From Eledone cirrhosa (Eukaryota): a DNA stretch of 64,000 bases. The stretch is taken from positions 4,712,001 through 4,776,000 of the forward strand of contig OZ024759.1 of assembly GCA_964016885.1 (NCBI GenBank), given 5' to 3'. A program made the position numbers and the translations under genes. The notes beneath the pieces are model-generated. The model was not told the origin of the DNA and searched no databases. It saw only the letters and a list, made by a program, of their open reading frames with translations. This document shows, piece by piece, positions 25,170 through 39,500 of this stretch (position 1 is its first letter; every line of letters starts with the position of its first letter).

Positions 25170-26990
25170 CACACACGTGTCTGACAGGTGCTACCTTATA
25201 ACCAGGACCACACCATCTACTGTAACACACCTGTCTGACAGATGATACCTTATAACCAGGACCACACCATCTACTGTAACACACCTGTCTGACAGGTGCT
25301 ACCTTATAACCAGGACTACACTATCTACTGTAACACACTTGTCTGATAGATGATACCTTATAACCAGGACAACACCATCTACTGTAACACACCTGTCTGA
25401 CAGGTGCTACCTTATAACCAGGATCACACCATCTACTGTAACACACCTGTCTGACAGCTGCTACCTTATAACCAGGACCACACCTTCTACTGTAACACAC
25501 CTGTCTGATAGATGATACCTTATAACCAGGACCACACCATCTACTGTAACACACCTGTCTGACAGCTGCTACCTTATAACCAGGACTACACTATCTACTG
25601 TAACACACTTGTCTGATAGATGATACCTTATAACCAGGACCACACCATCTACTGTAACACACCTGTCTGACAGCTGCTACCTTATAACCAGGACCACACC
25701 ATCTACTGTAACACAACTGTCTGACAGGTACTACCATATAACCAGGACCACACCATCTACAGTAACACACCTGTCTGACAGCTGCTACCTTATAACCAGG
25801 ATCACACCATCTACTGTAACACAACTGTCTGACAGGTGCTACCTTATAACCAGGACCACACCATCTACTGTAACACACCTGTCTGACAGGTGCTACCTTA
25901 TAACCAGGATCACACCATCTACTGTAACACACCTGTCTGACAGCTGCTACCATATAACCAGGACCACACCATCTACTGTAACACACCTGTCTGACAGGTG
26001 CTACATTATAACCAGGACCACACCATCTACTGTAACACACGTGTCTGACAGGTGCTACCTTATAACCAGGAACACACCATCTACTGTAACACACCTGTCT
26101 GACAGGTGCTACTTTATAACCAGGACCACACCATCTACTGTAACACACCTGTCTGACAGCTGCTACCTTATAACCAGGACCACACCATCTACTGTAACAC
26201 ACCTGTCTGACAGGTGCTACCTTATAACCAGGACTTCACCATCTACTGTAACACACCTGTCTGACAGGTGCTACCTTATAACCAGGACCACACCATCTAC
26301 TGTAACACACCTGTCTGATAGATGATACCTTATAACCAGGATCACACCATCTACTGTAACACACGTGTCTGACAGGTGCTACCTTATAACCAGGACCACA
26401 CCATCTACTGTAACACACCTGTCTGACAGGTGCTACCTTATAACCAGGACCACACCATCTACTGTAACACACCTGTCTGACAGGTGCTACCTTATAACCA
26501 GGACTTCACCATCTACTGTAACACACCTGTCTGACAGGTGCTACTTTATAACCAGGACCACACCATCTACTGTAACACACCTGTCTGACAGCTGCTACCT
26601 TATAACCAGGACCACACCATCTACTGTAACACACCTGTCTGACAGGTGCTACCTTATAACCAGGACTTCACCATCTACTGTAACATACCTGTCTGACAGG
26701 TGCTACCTTATAACCAGGACCACACCATCTACTGTAACACACCTGTCTGATAGATGATACCTTATAACCAGGATCACACCATCTACTGTAACACACGTGT
26801 CTGACAGCTGCTACCTTATAACCAGGACCACACCATCTACTGTAACACACCTGTCTGACAGGTGCTACCTTATAACCAGGACTTCAACATCTACTGTAAC
26901 ACACTTGTCTGACAGGTGCTACCTTATAACCAGGCCACACCATGTACTGTAACACACCTGTCTGATAGATGATACCTTATAACCAGGAAC
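25170..26990. repeat. 54-bp minisatellite derived from the EGF exon 3' half, about 33 copies
   Basis: Unit acacacctgtctgacaggtgctaccttataaccaggaccacaccatctactgta. Confidence 0.92.
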
Positions 26991-27076
26991 ACACCTTCCA
27001 CTGGAACACACACCTGTCTCTGTCTTACACCTACTATCATCTTGACTAAATATATTAAGTAGCAAACAAAGCTTAC

Positions 27077-27214
27077 CTGTCTGACAGTTGCTACCTTCAT
27101 AACCAGCAGTACATCCTCCTCTAGAACACACACCTGTCTGTTTGTTACATTTACTGTTGTCAACACAGTGACATGTGTTGCCACAGTTGGCTCCAAATTT
27201 TCCATTTCTACAGA
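27077..27214 (-). CDS. EGF-like exon 7 (138 nt)
   Basis: tttccacag acceptor, GTAAGC donor; CRNGKFGANCGNTCHCVDNSKCNKQTGVCSRGGCTAGYEGSNCQT. Confidence 0.87.
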
Positions 27215-27469
27215 CTGTGGAAATAAAAATATGAGAACAATGACAATAACAACAACATATAACACTATACAAGATAATGCTTTCTGATTTAGGCACAAGG
27301 CCAGCAATTTTAGGGGAGGAGAAAATCAATTAAATCGACCCCAGTGTGTGACTGGTACTTCATTTTATCAACCCTGTTGGGATGAAAGGGATAGCTACCA
27401 CAATTCTATCATCTATATTATAGCGTTGTCATCTATACTATATCTATATCATCTGAACTATATTTGTAT

Positions 27470-30400
27470 CATCTTAATTTCCATGTTTCTAACACCCATG
27501 GATATGCCTACAAAGTCAGAAAACAGCACAGCTCCCATGACTTTCGGAAACATTTTTTCAAGCTCCGAGTTGCTGAAGCATGGAACAAACTACCTGCATC
27601 AGTTGTTAGCTGTCGAGACACTACATCCTTTAAAACCTCCATGGAACAAACTACCTGCATCAGTTGTTAGCTGTCGAGACACTACATCCTTTAAAACCTC
27701 CATGGAACAAACTACTTGGATCAGTTGTTCGCTGTCGAGACACTACATCCTTTAAAACCTCCATGGAACAAACTACCTGCATCAGTTGTTAGCTGTCGAG
27801 ACACTGCATCCTTTAAAACCTCCATGGAACAAACTACCTGCATCAGTTGTTAGCTGTCGAGACAGTACATCCTCTAAAACCTCCATGGAACAAACTACCT
27901 GCATCAGTTGTTAGCTGTCGAGACACATCCTTTAAAACCTCCATGGAACAAACTACCTGCATCAGTTGTTAGCTGTCTAGACACTACATCCTTTAAAACC
28001 TCCATGGAACAAACTACCTGCATCAGTTGTTAGCTGTCGAGACACTACATCCTTTAAAACCTCCATGGAACAAACTACCTGCATCAGTTGTTAGCTGTCG
28101 AGACACTACATCCTTTAAAACCTCCATGGAACAAACTACCTGCATCAGTTGTTAGCTGTCGAGACACTGCATCCTTTAAAACCTCCATGGAACAAACTAC
28201 CTGCATCAGTTGTTAGCTGTCGAGACACTACATCCTTTAAAACCTCCATGGAACAAACTACCTGCATCAGTTGTTAGCTGTCGAGACACTACATCCTTTA
28301 AAACCTCCATGGAACAAACTACTTGCATCAGTTGTTAGCTGTTGAGACACTACATCCTTTAAAACCTCCATGGAACAAACTACCTGCATCAGTTGTTAGC
28401 TGTCGAGACACATCCTTTAAAACCTCCATGGAACAAACTACTTGCATCAGTTGTTAGCTGTCGAGACACTACATCCTTTAAAACCTCCATGGAACAAACT
28501 ACCTGCATTAGTTGTTAGCTGTCGAGACACTATATCCTTTAAAACCTCCATGGAACAAACTACCTGCATCAGTTGTTAGCTGTCGAGACACTGCATCCTT
28601 TAAAACCTCCATGGAACAAACTACCTGCATCAGTTGTTAGCTGTCGAGACACATCCTTTAAAACCTCCATGGAACAAACTACTTGCATCAGTTGTTAGCT
28701 GTCGAGACACTACATCCTTTAAAACCTCCATGGAACAAACTACCTGCATTAGTTGTTAGCTGTCGAGACACTACATCCTTTAAAACCTCCATGGAAGAAA
28801 CTACCTGCATCAGTTGTTAGCTGTCGAAATACTACATTCTTTAAAACCTCCATGGAACAAACTACTTGCATCAGTTGTTAGCTGTCGAGACACTACATCC
28901 TTTAAAACCTCCATGGAACAAACTACCTGCATTAGTTGTTAGCTGTCGAGACACTACATCCTTTAAAACCTCCATGGAACAAACTACCTGCATCAGTTGT
29001 TAGCTGTCGAGACACTACATCCTTTAAAACCTCCATGGAACAAACTACCTGCATCAGTTGTGAGCTGTCGAGACACTACATCCTTTAAAACCTCCATGGA
29101 ACAAACTACTTGGATCAGTTGTTCGCTGTCGAGACACTACATCCTTTAAAACCTCCATGGAACAAACTACCTGCATCAGTTGTTAGCTGTCGAGACACAT
29201 CCTTTAAAACCTCCATGGAACAAACTACTTGCATCAGTTGTTAGCTGTCGAGACACTACATCCTTTAAAACCTCCATGGAACAAACTACCTGCATTAGTT
29301 GTTAGCTGTCGAGACACTATATCCTTTAAAACCTCCATGGAACAAACTACCTGCATTAGTTGTTAGCTGTCGAGACACTATATCCTTTAAAACCTCCATG
29401 GAACAAACTACCTGCATCAGTTGTTAGCTGTCGAGACACTACATCCTTTAAAACCTCCATGGAACAAACTACCTGCATCAGTTGTTAGCTGTCGAGACAC
29501 TGCATCCTTTAAAACCTCCATGGAACAAACTACCTGCATCAGTTGTTAGCTGTCGAGACACATCCTTTAAAACCTCCATGGAACAAACTACTTGCATCAG
29601 TTGTTAGCTGTCGAGACACTACATCCTTTAAAACCTCCATGGAACAAACTACCTGCATTAGTTGTTAGCTGTCGAGACACTACATCCTTTAAAACCTCCA
29701 TGGAAGAAACTACCTGCATCAGTTGTTAGCTGTCGAAATACTACATCCTTTAAAACCTCCATGGAACAAACTACTTGCATCAGTTGTTAGCTGTCGAGAC
29801 ACTACATCCTTTAAAACCTCCATGGAACAAACTACCTGCATTAGTTGTTAGCTGTCGAGACACTACATCCTTTAAAACCTCCATGGAACAAACTACCTGC
29901 ATCAGTTGTTAGCTGTCGAGACACTACATCCTTTAAAACCTCCATGGAACAAACTACCTGCATCAGTTGTTAGCTGTCGAGATACATCCTTTAAAACCTC
30001 CATGGAACAAACTACTTGCATCAGTTGTTAGCTGTTGAGACACTACATCCTTTAAAACCTCCATGGAACAAACTACCTGCATCAGTTGTTAGCTGTCGAG
30101 ACACTACATCCTTTAAAACCTCCATGGAACAAACTACTTGCATCAGTTGTTAGCTGTTGAGACACTACATCCTTTAAAACCTCCATGGAACAAACTACTT
30201 GCATCAGTTGTTAGCTGTCGAGACACTACATCCTTTAAAACCTCCATGGAACAAACTTCCTGCATCAGTTGTTAGCTGCCGAGACACTGCATCCTTTAAA
30301 ACCTCCATGGAACAAACTCCCTGAATCAGTTGTTAGCTGTCGAGACACATCCTTTAAAACCTCCATGGAACAAACTCCCTGCATCAGTTGTTAGCTGTCG

Positions 30401-30857
30401 AGACACTACATCCTTTACAACCTCCATGGAACAAACTCCCTGCATCAGTTGTTAGCTGTCGAGACACTACATCCTTTACAACCTCCATGGAACAAACTAC
30501 CTGCATCAGTTGTTAGCTGTCGAGACACATCCTTTACAACCTCCATGGAACAAACTACCTGCATCAGTTGTTAGCTGTCGAGACACTACATCCTTTACAA
30601 CCTCCATGGAACAAACTCCCTGCATCAGTTGTTAGCTGTCGAGACACTACATCCTTTAAAACCTCTATGCTTCCTGAGATTCGTCAACGCTGCACCTGAT
30701 GTCCCCCCCTTCCATACACAGCACACATGTATTTCATGACTCATACACTGTTCCTTTTCTTGACATTTAAACATTATTCTATGTACTATACATGCACCTT
30801 TGATGAGTTGTAGTGCACCTGAGCATTGTACACAATAATTTCATTATTATATTATTT
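27470..30857 (+). mobile_element. CR1-like LINE 3' end containing a 61-bp tandem array (about 50 copies, 27579-30668)
   Basis: HGYAYKVRKQH..FRKHFFKLRVAEAWNKLPASVVSCRDTTSFK; the array resolves into the same 3' UTR and (ATT)n tail seen at 16425-16692. Confidence 0.85.
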
Positions 30858-31024
30858 TATACTCCAGTGGTATGACCTAAACTATATATAATCCATACTA
30901 TATCTATACAATCTATATGATTTCCGTAACATCGATATTATGTCTATATACTTGCCGATTCTCTACACTCCATACCAATGTTATACTATATATTCATGTG
31001 GCTATGATATCCCCTTTATATTGT

Positions 31025-31360
31025 AAGCACATAGCTTAGTAGTTAGAGCATTGGCCTTGCAATCGAAAGGTTGTGAGTTCAATTCTCAGACCGGGTGATG
31101 TGTTGTTTCCTTGAGCAGGACACTTTATTTCACATTGCTCCAGTTTACTCAGTTGTAGAAATGTGATGATAGGGACTGGAGTCCATTACATTCCACTGCA
31201 AAGTGGTCCTGGAGGTGCCACGGCAAAAAACACCCAATATTCACTGTAAATGAGGTTGGTGTTAGGAGGGGCATCCAGCTGTAGAAATCAAGCCAGAATC
31301 AGTTTCCGTCCCACCCTTGTAAGCAGGGAAAAGCAGACGTAAAATGATGATGATGATGAT
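31025..31360 (+). mobile_element. tRNA-derived SINE with an RTE-like 3' tail; related copies at 7545-7883(-), 8075-8213(-), 54199-54362(+) and 63146-63690(+)
   Basis: A-box (tagcttagtagttagagc), B-box (gagttcaattc), body ccttgagcaagacactttatttcac, tail gcagggaaaagcggacgtaaaa(TGA)n shared with the RTE fragments. Confidence 0.75.
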
Positions 31361-31387
31361 TGTAACTCCAAAACAGTTTAAATCTAC

Positions 31388-31493
31388 CTGTCTCACAGGT
31401 GTTACCTTCATAACCAGCACTACACCCTCCACTAAAACACACACCTGTCTCTGTGTTACACCTAGCTGTGTGTTACACCTATTGTCATCTTGA
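31388..31493 (-). pseudogene. Partial duplicate of the 3' half of an EGF exon
   Basis: CNTETGVCFSGGCSAGYEGNTCET followed by GTAGAT; no N-terminal half and no pyrimidine-rich acceptor. Confidence 0.65.
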
Positions 31494-31537
31494 CTCAATA
31501 TATCATGTTAGAAACAAAGCTATACTACACAACTTAC

Positions 31538-31675
31538 CTGTCTGACAGTTGCTACCTTCAGAACCAGCAGTACATCCTCCACTAGAACACACACCTGTCT
31601 GTTTGTTACACCTGTTATTATCAGCACAGTGGCATGTGTGTTTACAGTTAGCTCCAAATTTACCAATGTCACAGG
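31538..31675 (-). CDS. EGF-like exon 6 (138 nt)
   Basis: ttacag acceptor, GTAAGT donor; CDIGKFGANCKHTCHCADNNRCNKQTGVCSSGGCTAGSEGSNCQT. Confidence 0.85.
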
Positions 31676-31954
31676 CTGTAATATGAAATGTAATGTAAAC
31701 AGTTTGAACAATTTCAAGATATAATATTTACAATTATTAACCTTTTTGATATCAAAATACCTGACACCGATTAACTGTTTTACTCTATATATTTATCTAA
31801 AAACTTCCCACTATAGTGTTATGTAAGAACTTTTGTTAGGTTATGTTCCAGCCAAAATATTAGTGATGAAAATCTCAGTTATATAACTATAGCCCTTCAA
31901 ATTCTTCATTATATAAAAATTTGTTTAAAATCGTATGCAATATATTTCTTTAGT

Positions 31955-34900
31955 AATATGGTAATGAAAAGATTAATGACATAGACAGTGTCTTTAAGTA
32001 GAAATATGGTAATGAAATGGTTAATGATATAGACAGTGTCTTTAAGTAGAGATATGGTAATGAAGGGATTAATGACATAGACAGTGTCTTTAAGTAGAGA
32101 TATGTAATGAAAGGTTTAATGACATAGACAGTGTCTTTAAGTAGAAATATGGTAATGAAAGGGTTAATGATATAGACAGTGTCTTTAAGTAGAAATATGT
32201 AACGAAAGGATTAATGACATAGACAGTGTCTTTAAGTAGAGATATGTAATGAAAGGGTTAATGACATAGACAGTGTCTTTAAGTAGAGATATGGTAATGA
32301 AAGGGTTAATGACATAGACAGTGTCTTTAAGTAGAAATATGGTAATGAAAGGGTTAATGATATAGGTAGTGTCTTTAAGTAGAAATATGGTAATGAAAGG
32401 TTTAATGACATAGACGGTGTATTTAAGTAGAGATATGTAATGAAAGGTTTAATGACATAGACAGTGTCTTTAAGTAGAGATATGTAATGAAAGGATTAAT
32501 GACATAGACGGTGTCTTTAAGTAGAGATATGTAATGAAAGGGTTAATGACATAGACAGTGTCTTTAAGTAGAAATATGTAATGAAAGGATTAATGACATA
32601 GACGGTGTCTTTAAGTAGAGATATGTAATGAAAGGGTTAATGACATAGACAGTGTCTTTAAGTAGAAATATGGTAATGAAAGGGTTAATGACATAGACAG
32701 TGTCTTTAAGTAGAGATATGTAATGAAAGGGTTAATGACATAGACAGTGTCTTTAAGTAGAAATATGGCAATGAAAGGGTTAATGACATAGACAGTGTCT
32801 TTAAGTAGAGATATGTAATGAAAGGGTTAATGACATAGACAGTGTCTTTAAGTAGAAATATGGTAATGAAAGGGTTAATGACATAGACAGTGTCTTTAAG
32901 TAGAGATATGTAATGAAAGGTTTAATGACATAGACAGTGTCTTTAAGTAGAGATATGTAATGAAAGTTTTAATGACATGTCTTTAAGTAGAAATATGGTA
33001 ATGAAAGAGTTAATGACATAGACAGTGTCTTTCATTAGAAATATGGTAATGAAAGGGTTAATGATATAGACAGTGTCTTTCATTAGAAATATGGTAATGA
33101 AAGGGTTAATGATATAGACAGTGTCTTTCATTAGAAATATGGTAATGAAGGGGTTAATGACATAGACTGTGTCTTTCATTAGAAATATGGTAATTAAAGG
33201 GTTAATGATATAGGTAGTGTCTTTAAGTAGAAATATGGTAATGAAAGGTTTAATGACATAGACGGTGTATTTAAGTAGAGATATGTAATGAAAGGTTTAA
33301 TGACATAGACAGTGTCTTTAAGTAGAGATATGTAATGAAAGGATTAATGACATAGACGGTGTCTTTAAGTAGAGATATGTAATGAAAGGGTTAATGACAT
33401 AGACAGTGTCTTTAAGTAGAAATATGTAATGAAAGGATTAATGACATAGACGGTGTCTTTAAGTAGAGATATGTAATGAAAGGGTTAATGACATAGACAG
33501 TGTCTTTAAGTAGAAATATGGTAATGAAAGGGTTAATGACATAGACAGTGTCTTTAAGTAGAGATATGTAATGAAAGGGTTAATGACATAGACAGTGTCT
33601 TTAAGTAGAAATATGGCAATGAAAGGGTTAATGACATAGACAGTGTCTTTAAGTAGAGATATGTAATGAAAGGGTTAATGACATAGACAGTGTCTTTAAG
33701 TAGAAATATGGTAATGAAAGGGTTAATGACATAGACAGTGTCTTTAAGTAGAGATATGTAATGAAAGGTTTAATGACATAGACAGTGTCTTTAAGTAGAG
33801 ATATGTAATGAAAGTTTTAATGACATGTCTTTCATTAGAAATATGGTAATGAAAGGGTTAATGATATAGACAGTGTCTTTCATTAGAAATATGGTAATGA
33901 AGGGGTTAATGACATAGACTGTGTCTTTCATTAGAAATATGGTAATTAAAGGGTTAATGACATAGACAGTGTCTTTCATTAGAAATATGGTAATGAAAGG
34001 GTTAATCACATAGACGGTGTCTTTAAGTAGAGATATGTAATGAAAGGGTTAATGATATAGACAGTGTCTTTAAGTAGAGATATGTAATGAAAGGGTTAAT
34101 GATATAGACAGTGTCTTTAAGTAGAGATATGGTAATGAAAGGGTTAATGACATAGACAGTGTCTTTAAGTAGAGATATGTAATGAAAGGATTAATGACAT
34201 AGACGGTGTCTTTAAGTAGAGATATGTAATGAAAGGGTTAATGATATAGACAGTGTCTTTAAGTAGAGATATGGTAATGAAAGGGTTAATGACATAGACA
34301 GTGTCTTTAAGTAGAGATATGTAATGAAAGGGTTAATGACATAGACAGTGTCTTTAAGTAGAAATATGGTAATGAAAGGGTTAATGACATAGACAGTGTC
34401 TTTAAGTAGAGATATGTAATGAAAGGTTTAATGATATAGACAGTGTCTTTAAGTAGAAATATGGTAATGAAAGGGTTAATGACATAGACAGTGTCTTTAA
34501 GTAGAGATATGTAATGAAAGTTTTAATGACATGTCTTTAAGTAGAAATATGGTAATGAAAGAGTTAATGACATAGACAGTGTCTTTCATTAGAAATATGG
34601 TAATGAAAGGGTTAATGATATAGACAGTGTCTTTCATTAGAAATATGGTAATGAAAGGGGTAATGACATAGACAGTGTCTTTAAGTAGAAATATGGTAAT
34701 GAAAGGATTAATGACATAGACAGTGTCTTTCATTAGAAATATGGTAATGAAAGATTATATGATATAGACAGTGTCTTTAAGTAGAGATATGGTAATGAAA
34801 GGATTAATGACATAGACAGTGTCTTTAAGTAGAAACTTGGTAATGAAAAGTTTAATGACATAGAGTCTATGTCATTAAGCCTTAATCCAAATATTCAATT

Positions 34901-36280
34901 ACTTTCAATCAAGAAACAAATGCAAATATCCGACTAACTTGAATTTTCCCTCGGATTTTAAAATTATTTTACGTATTTTTTCTATATTAGTTTTTTGAAC
35001 TTAATATTATTATTTTTCTATTGTATTTCTTTATAATTATGTGAAGGCAAAAATATTTTATATTGTAACTTTTTATGTTAAATAATAAATGACTATAAAA
35101 CTATACAAATTTTATATACTATATATTATAATAATTTCACAAAAGTCGCATTTATAGGTATATCAACTTATGCGGCCTCCTTTATTACTGCCTAATTTAA
35201 ATGTGGCCTCTAATGGTAAAAAGGTTCCTCTCCTCTGACATAGACAGTGTCTTTCATTAGAAATATGGTAATGAAAGGGTTAATGACATAGACAGTGTCT
35301 TTAAGTAGAGATATGTAATGAAAGGGTTAATGATATAGACAGTGTCTTTAAGTAGAAATATGGTAATGAAAGGGTTAATGACATAGACAGTTTCTTTAAG
35401 TAGAGATATGTAATGAAAGTTTTAATGACATGTCTTTAAGTAGAAATATGGTAATGAAAGAGTTAATGACATAGACAGTGTCTTTCATTAGAAATATGGT
35501 AATGAAAGGGTTAATGATATAGACAGTGTCTTTCATTAGAAATATGGTAATGAAAGGGGTAATGACATAGACAGTGTCTTTAAGTAGAAATATGGTAATG
35601 AAAGGATTAATGACATAGACAGTGTCTTTCATTAGAAATATGGTAATGAAAGATTAAATGATATAGACAGTGTCTTTAAGTAGAGATATGGTAATGAAAG
35701 GATTAATGACATAGACAGTGTCTTTAAGTAGAAACTTGGTAATGAAAAGTTTAATGACATAGAGTCTATGTCATTAAACCTTAATCCAAATATTCAATTA
35801 CTTTCAAGGAAGAAACAAATGCAAATATCCGATTAACTTGAATTTTCCCTCGGATTTTAAAATTATTTTACGTATTTTTTCTATATTAGTTTTTTGAACT
35901 TAATATTATTATTTTTCTATTGTATTTCTTTATAATTATGTGAAGGCAAAAATATTTTATATTGTAACTTTTTATGTTAAATAATAAATGACTATAAAAC
36001 TATACAAATTTTATATACTATATATTATAATAATTTCACAAAAGTCGCATTTATAGGTATATCAACTTATGCGGCCTCCTTTATTACTGCCTAATTTAAA
36101 TGTGGCCTCTAAAGGTAAAAAGGTTCCTCTCCTCTGACATAGACAGTGTCTTTCATTAGAAATATGGTAATGAAAGGGTTAATGACATAGACAGTGTCTT
36201 TCATTAGAAATATGGTAATGAAAGGGTTAATGACATAGACAGTGTCTTTTATTAGAAATGTGGTAATGAAAGGGTTAATT
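31955..36280. repeat. 47/48-bp minisatellite with a twice-present AT-rich insert of about 370 bp (899-bp duplication)
   Basis: Unit gacatagacagtgtctttaagtagaaatatggtaatgaaagggttaat; inserts at about 34865-35236 and 35764-36135. Confidence 0.9.
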
Positions 36281-36294
36281 ACTACACCATATAC

Positions 36295-36432
36295 CTGTCT
36301 GACAGTTGCTACTTTCATAACCAGCAGCACATCCTCCACTAGAACACACACCTGTCTGTTTGTTACATTTACTGTTGTCAGCACAGTGACATGTGTTGCC
36401 ACAGTTGGCTCCAAATTTACCTGATTTACAGA
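36295..36432 (-). CDS. EGF-like exon 5 (138 nt)
   Basis: tttccag acceptor, GTATAT donor; CKSGKFGANCGNTCHCADNSKCNKQTGVCSSGGCAAGYESSNCQT. Confidence 0.85.
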
Positions 36433-36540
36433 CTGGAAATAAAATATGAGAACAATGACAATTATAACAACATTTACACTATACAAGATAATAAATATCA
36501 CAATATTATATCATCTATATTATAGTGTTGTCATCTATAC

Positions 36541-39500
36541 CAGAGGTCGGCATCCTTTTGGGGCGTGCGGGCCACATTGCTATGGAGTGTCACACAGGCA
36601 GGCCACATTTCTATGCAGTGTCTCACTGGCAGGCCACATTGTTACGAAGTGTCTTGTCAGTTGCTCACATTGTTATACAGTGTCTTGTCAGCAGGCCACA
36701 TAGCTATGGAGTGTCTTGTCAGCAGGCCACATAGCTATGGAGTGTCTTGTCAGCAGGCCACATAGCTATGGAGTGCCTTGTCAGCAGGCCACATTTCTAT
36801 AGAGTGTCTTGTCAGCAGGCCACATAGCTATGGAGTGTCTTGTCAGCAGGCCACATTGTTACGAAGTGTCTTGTCAGTTGCTCACATTGCAATACAGTGT
36901 CTTGTCAGCAGGCCACATAGCTATGGAGTGTCTCACCAGCAGGCCACATTGCTATACAGTGTCTTGTCAGCAGGCCACATAGCTATACAGTGTCTTGTCA
37001 GCAGGCCATATTGCTATGGAGTGTCTCACGAGCAGGCCACATAGCTATGGAGTGTCTTGTCAGCAGGCCACATTGCTATAGAGTGTCTTGTCAGCAGGCC
37101 ACATAGCTATGGAGTGTCTCACCAGCAGGCCACATTGCTATGCAGTGTCTCACCAGCAGGCCACATAGCTATGCAGTGTCTCACCAGCAGGCCACATAGC
37201 TATGCAGTGTCTCACCAGCAGGCCACATTGCTATGCAGTGTCTTGTCAGCAGGCCATATTGCTATGTAGTGTCTCACCAGCAGGCCACATAGCTATGTAG
37301 TGTCTCGTCAGCAGGCCACATAGCTATGGAGTGTCTTGTCGGCAGACCACATAGCTATGCAGTGTCTCACTAGCAGGCCACATAGCTATGCAGTGTCTCA
37401 CCAGCAGGCCACATTGCTATGTAGTGTCTCACCAGCAGGCCACATTGCTATGTAGTGTCTCACCAGCAGGCCACATTGCTATGTAGTGTCTTGTCAGCAG
37501 GCCACATAGGTATGTAGTGTCTCGTCAACAGGCCACATAGCTATGTAGTGTCTCACCAGCAGGCCACATTGCTATGTAGTGTCTCACCAGCAGGCCACAT
37601 TGCTATGTAGTGTCTCACCAGCAGGCCACATTGCTATGTAGTGTCTTGTCAGCAGGCCACATAGCTATGTAGTGTCTCGTCAGCAGGCCACATAGCTATG
37701 GAGTGTCTTGTCGGCAGGCCACATAGCTATGGAGTGTCTTGTCGGCAGGCCACATAGCTATGGAGTATCTCACCAGCAGGCCACATTGTTACGAAGTGTC
37801 TTGTCAGTTGCTCACATTGCAATACAGTGTCTTGTCAGCAGGCCACATAGCTATGGAGTGTCTTGTCAGCAGGCCACATAGCTATGGAGTGTCTCACCAG
37901 CAGGCCACATTGCTATACAGTGTCTTGTCAGCAGGCCACATAGCTATGGAGTGTCTTGTCAGCAGGCCACATAGCTATGGAGTGTCTCACCAGCACGCCA
38001 CATTGCTATACAGTGTCTTGTCAGCAGGCCACATAGCTATACAGTGTCTTGTCAGCAGGCCATATTGCTATGGAGTGTCTCACCAGCAGGCCACATAGCT
38101 ATGGAGTGTCTTGTCAGCAGGCCACATAGCTATGGAGTGTTTCAGCAGCAGGCCACATTGCTATGCAGTGTCTTGTCAGCAGGCCACATACAGTGTCTTG
38201 TCAGCAGGCCATATTGCTATGCAGTGTCTTGCCAGCAGGCCACATTGCTATAGAGTGTCTTGTCAGCAGGCCACATAGCCATGGAGTGTCTCACCAGCAG
38301 GCCACATTGCTATGCAGTGTCTCACCAGCATGCCACATAGCTATGTAGTGTCTTGTAAACAGGCCACATAGCTATGCAGTGTCTCACCAGCAGGCCACAT
38401 AGCTATGCAGTGTCTCACCAGCAGGCCACATTGCTATGCAGTGTCTCACCAGCAGGCCACATTGCTATGTAGTGTTTCACCAGCAGGCCACATTGCTATG
38501 TAGTGTCTCACCAGCAGGCCACATTGCTATGTAGTGTCTTGTCAGCAGGCCATATTGCTATGCAGTTTCTCACCAGCAGGCCACATAGCTATGTAGTGTC
38601 TTGTCAGCAGGCCACATAGCTATGCAGTGTCTCACCAGCAGGCCACATTGCTATGCAGTGTCTCACCAGCAGGCCACATTGCTATGCAGTGTCTTGTCAG
38701 CAGGCCATATTGCTATGTAGTGTCTCACCAGCAGGCCACATAGCTATGTAGTGTCTCGTCAGCAGGCCACATAGCTATGGAGTGTCTTGTCGGCAGGCCA
38801 CATAGCTATGCAGTGTCTCACCAGCAGGCCACATAGCTATGCAGTGTCTCACCAGCAGGCCACATAGCTATGGAGTGTCTCACCAGCAGGCCACATAGCT
38901 ATGGAGTGTCTCACCAGCAGGCCACATTGCTATGCAGTTTCTCACCAGCAGGCCACATTGCTATGTAGTGTCTCACCAGCAGGCCACATTGCTATGCAGT
39001 TTCTCACCAGCAGGCTACATAGCTATGTAGTGTCTCACCAGCAGGCCACATAGCTATGTAGTGTCTCACCAGCAGGCCACATAGCTATGTAGTGTCTCAC
39101 CAGCAGGCCACATAGCTATGTAGTGTCTCACCAGCAGGCCACATAGCTATGTAGTGTCTCGTCAGCAGGCCACATAGCTATGGAGTGTCTTGTCGGCAGG
39201 CCACATAGCTATGGAGTGTCTCACCAGCAGGCCACATAGCTATGTAGTGTCTCGTCAACAGGCCACTTAGCTATGGAGTGTCTTGTCAGCAGGCCACATT
39301 GCTATAGAGTGTCTTATCAGCAGGCCACATAGCTATGGAGTGTCTCACCAGCAGGCCACATTGCTATGCAGTGTCTCACCAGCAGGCCACATAGCTATGC
39401 AGTGTCTCACCAGCAGGCCACATAGCTATGCAGTGTCTCACCAGCAGGCCACATTGCTATGCAGTGTCTTGTCAGCAGGCCATATTGCTATGTAGTGTCT

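Noticed and set aside
31025-31095. tRNA gene
   Set aside because: The tRNA-like sequence is a SINE head continuing into body and tail; no complete cloverleaf
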